Assembly: GCA_046045965.1 (NCBI GenBank)
Contig: JBJOKS010000009.1
Location: 98,931 to 162,930, forward strand
Length of the DNA stretch: 64,000 nt
Origin: Cyanobacteriota bacterium
Lineage (GTDB): Bacteria > Cyanobacteriota > Cyanobacteriia > Cyanobacteriales > Nostocaceae
Direction: 5' to 3'
Shown here: positions 62,637 to 64,000 of the stretch, one piece after another
How positions within the stretch are numbered: the stretch's first letter is position 1
Layout: each line of letters opens with the position of its first letter
Notes under the pieces: generated by a model
The model's database searches: none
What the model was told of the DNA's origin: nothing
What the model saw: only the letters and a program-made list of their open reading frames with translations
Translations under genes and position numbers: made by a program

Positions 62637-62910
62637 TTACGGTAAGTTATCAGGATCTATACCTTGAGATATTAAATACTCTCTCAGTCGTTCTTTTTCC
62701 TGTCTTTCTTGTTCAGCCCTTTGACGTTCTTGTTCCGCCCTTTGACGTTCTTGAGAAATCAATTCTACAGACCAAGGTAATAAATTACCTGCTTCATCCC
62801 ACCACCTTAACCAATAACCATTTCTACCTTCCTTTTCCCCTCGCCAAGTTCCTAAAAATAAACCCATTGAATTAATCCAATGTAGTCCATTTTCACTGGG
62901 TTGTTTTAGT
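62637..62910 (-). pseudogene. 3' remnant of a Uma2-family gene
   Basis: HWINSMGLFLGTW...WLRWWD.AGNLLPW..QERQRAE..GIDP; no nuclease core upstream. Confidence 0.75.
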
Positions 62911-62997
62911 ATTTTTATTTTATAGTAGGAGTCAGGTGACAGGGGACAATCACCAATTACCCATTACCAATTATCCATTACCAATTACCAATGACTA

Positions 62998-64000
62998 ATG
63001 ACTAATGACAAACCCCTCAAAAATTTACCTAATCAACGTTGGCAAATTGCACCAGATAATGCTGAATTAGCTCAAAATCTAGCTAATTTAACTAATCTAT
63101 CCCCTATTATCAGCCAGTTGTTAATTAATAGGGGGATGGAAACACCAGAAGCAGCACAAAAATTTATAAGTCCAGAAACTTTAAATTTACCTTCTCCTTT
63201 AGAAGATTTTCCAGATTTAGCGGTAAGTGTAGAACTCTTGGAAAATGCGATCGCAAATCAAGAAAAAATTGCTATCTGTGGTGACTACGACGCAGATGGA
63301 ATGACTAGCACTGCATTATTATTAAGAAGTCTCCGCGCTTTGGGTGCAAATGTTGATTATGCTATCCCCAGTCGAATGCACGAAGGTTATGGAATTAATA
63401 AACGCATTGTAGAAGAATTCCACAGCGAAGGTATAGGTTTAATTCTCACTGTAGATAATGGTATTTCTGCTTTTGAACCTATCGCTAGAGCTAGAGAATT
63501 AGGTTTAAAAGTTATTATCACTGATCATCACGACATCCCCCAAAATTTACCGCCAGCTAATGCAATTCTCAACCCCAAACTAATAGCTGAATCTTCACCT
63601 TATCGCGGTGTAGCTGGTGTGGGTGTGGCTTATATTTTAGCAGTATCTTTAGCTCAACAGCTAGGGGAATTGAAAGGTTTAGTGCAGCCAATGTTGGCTT
63701 TATTTACATTAGGAACAATTGCCGATTTAGCTCCTTTAACTGGTGTAAATCGTCGTTGGGTAAAACGGGGTTTAAAGTTATTGCCTAAATCAACTTTACC
63801 AGGTGTTCAAGCTTTAATTCAAGTCGCTGGAGTTCAAGCAAGTGAAGGGGAAAAAAATCAAAATTCTAAATCGTTAAAACCGGAAGATATTGGTTTTCGT
63901 TTGGGTCCGAGAATTAATGCCATTGGCAGAATTGGCAACCCGCAAACTGTGATAGAATTGCTAACAACTGATGATGTGGGAATTGCTCTAGAAAGAGCGA
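62998..64000 (+). CDS. recJ: Single-stranded-DNA exonuclease RecJ, 5' part (runs off the window)
   Basis: MTNDKPLKNLPNQRW..., GDYDADGMTS, EGYG, TVDNG, ITDHH, GTIAD, GPRINAIGR. Confidence 0.93.
   Translation, partial: MTNDKPLKNLPNQRWQIAPDNAELAQNLANLTNLSPIISQLLINRGMETPEAAQKFISPETLNLPSPLEDFPDLAVSVELLENAIANQEKIAICGDYDADGMTSTALLLRSLRALGANVDYAIPSRMHEGYGINKRIVEEFHSEGIGLILTVDNGISAFEPIARARELGLKVIITDHHDIPQNLPPANAILNPKLIAESSPYRGVAGVGVAYILAVSLAQQLGELKGLVQPMLALFTLGTIADLAPLTGVNRRWVKRGLKLLPKSTLPGVQALIQVAGVQASEGEKNQNSKSLKPEDIGFRLGPRINAIGRIGNPQTVIELLTTDDVGIALERA

Overview
Chromosomal window from a heterocyst-forming cyanobacterium (Nostocales; inferred from frequent HIP1 octamers GCGATCGC, heptameric STRR arrays and gene content). 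The backbone is housekeeping: ClC-CBS-USP channel, tex, ferredoxin, acs, TerC family, ndk, speA, cugP, scpA, pdxH, argB, aroK, ubiX, RNase R/II-like, clpP, cruA, phnDCE, xfp, cysH, sbcD, recJ. Several accessory features interrupt it. (i) An AT-rich three-gene cassette at 7571-10259 (hypermodified-thymine pathway helical-domain protein, DUF1643, MazG/MazG_C), the best candidate for an undescribed DNA-modification or anti-phage system. (ii) An orphan two-gene pair at 12880-14061. (iii) A toxin-antitoxin graveyard at 49.5-52.9 kb: nonsense-broken kinase-TPR, stand-alone polymorphic-toxin-like domain with a putative immunity gene, internally deleted higB plus higA, and an orphan antitoxin-like gene. 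(iv) phnDCE bracketed by a ~35-bp direct repeat. (v) Repeat nests at 23.2-24.8 kb and 59.9-60.8 kb holding gene remnants, the first bracketed by two homologous convergent sigma70-type promoters. (vi) 21-24-nt twin-hairpin micro-insertions, two of which split HIP1 sites in frame inside genes. (vii) An orphan structured non-coding segment at 48.4-48.6 kb. No tRNA, rRNA, CRISPR array, transposase or integrase was recognised. All family assignments come from motif recognition by eye, not database searches.
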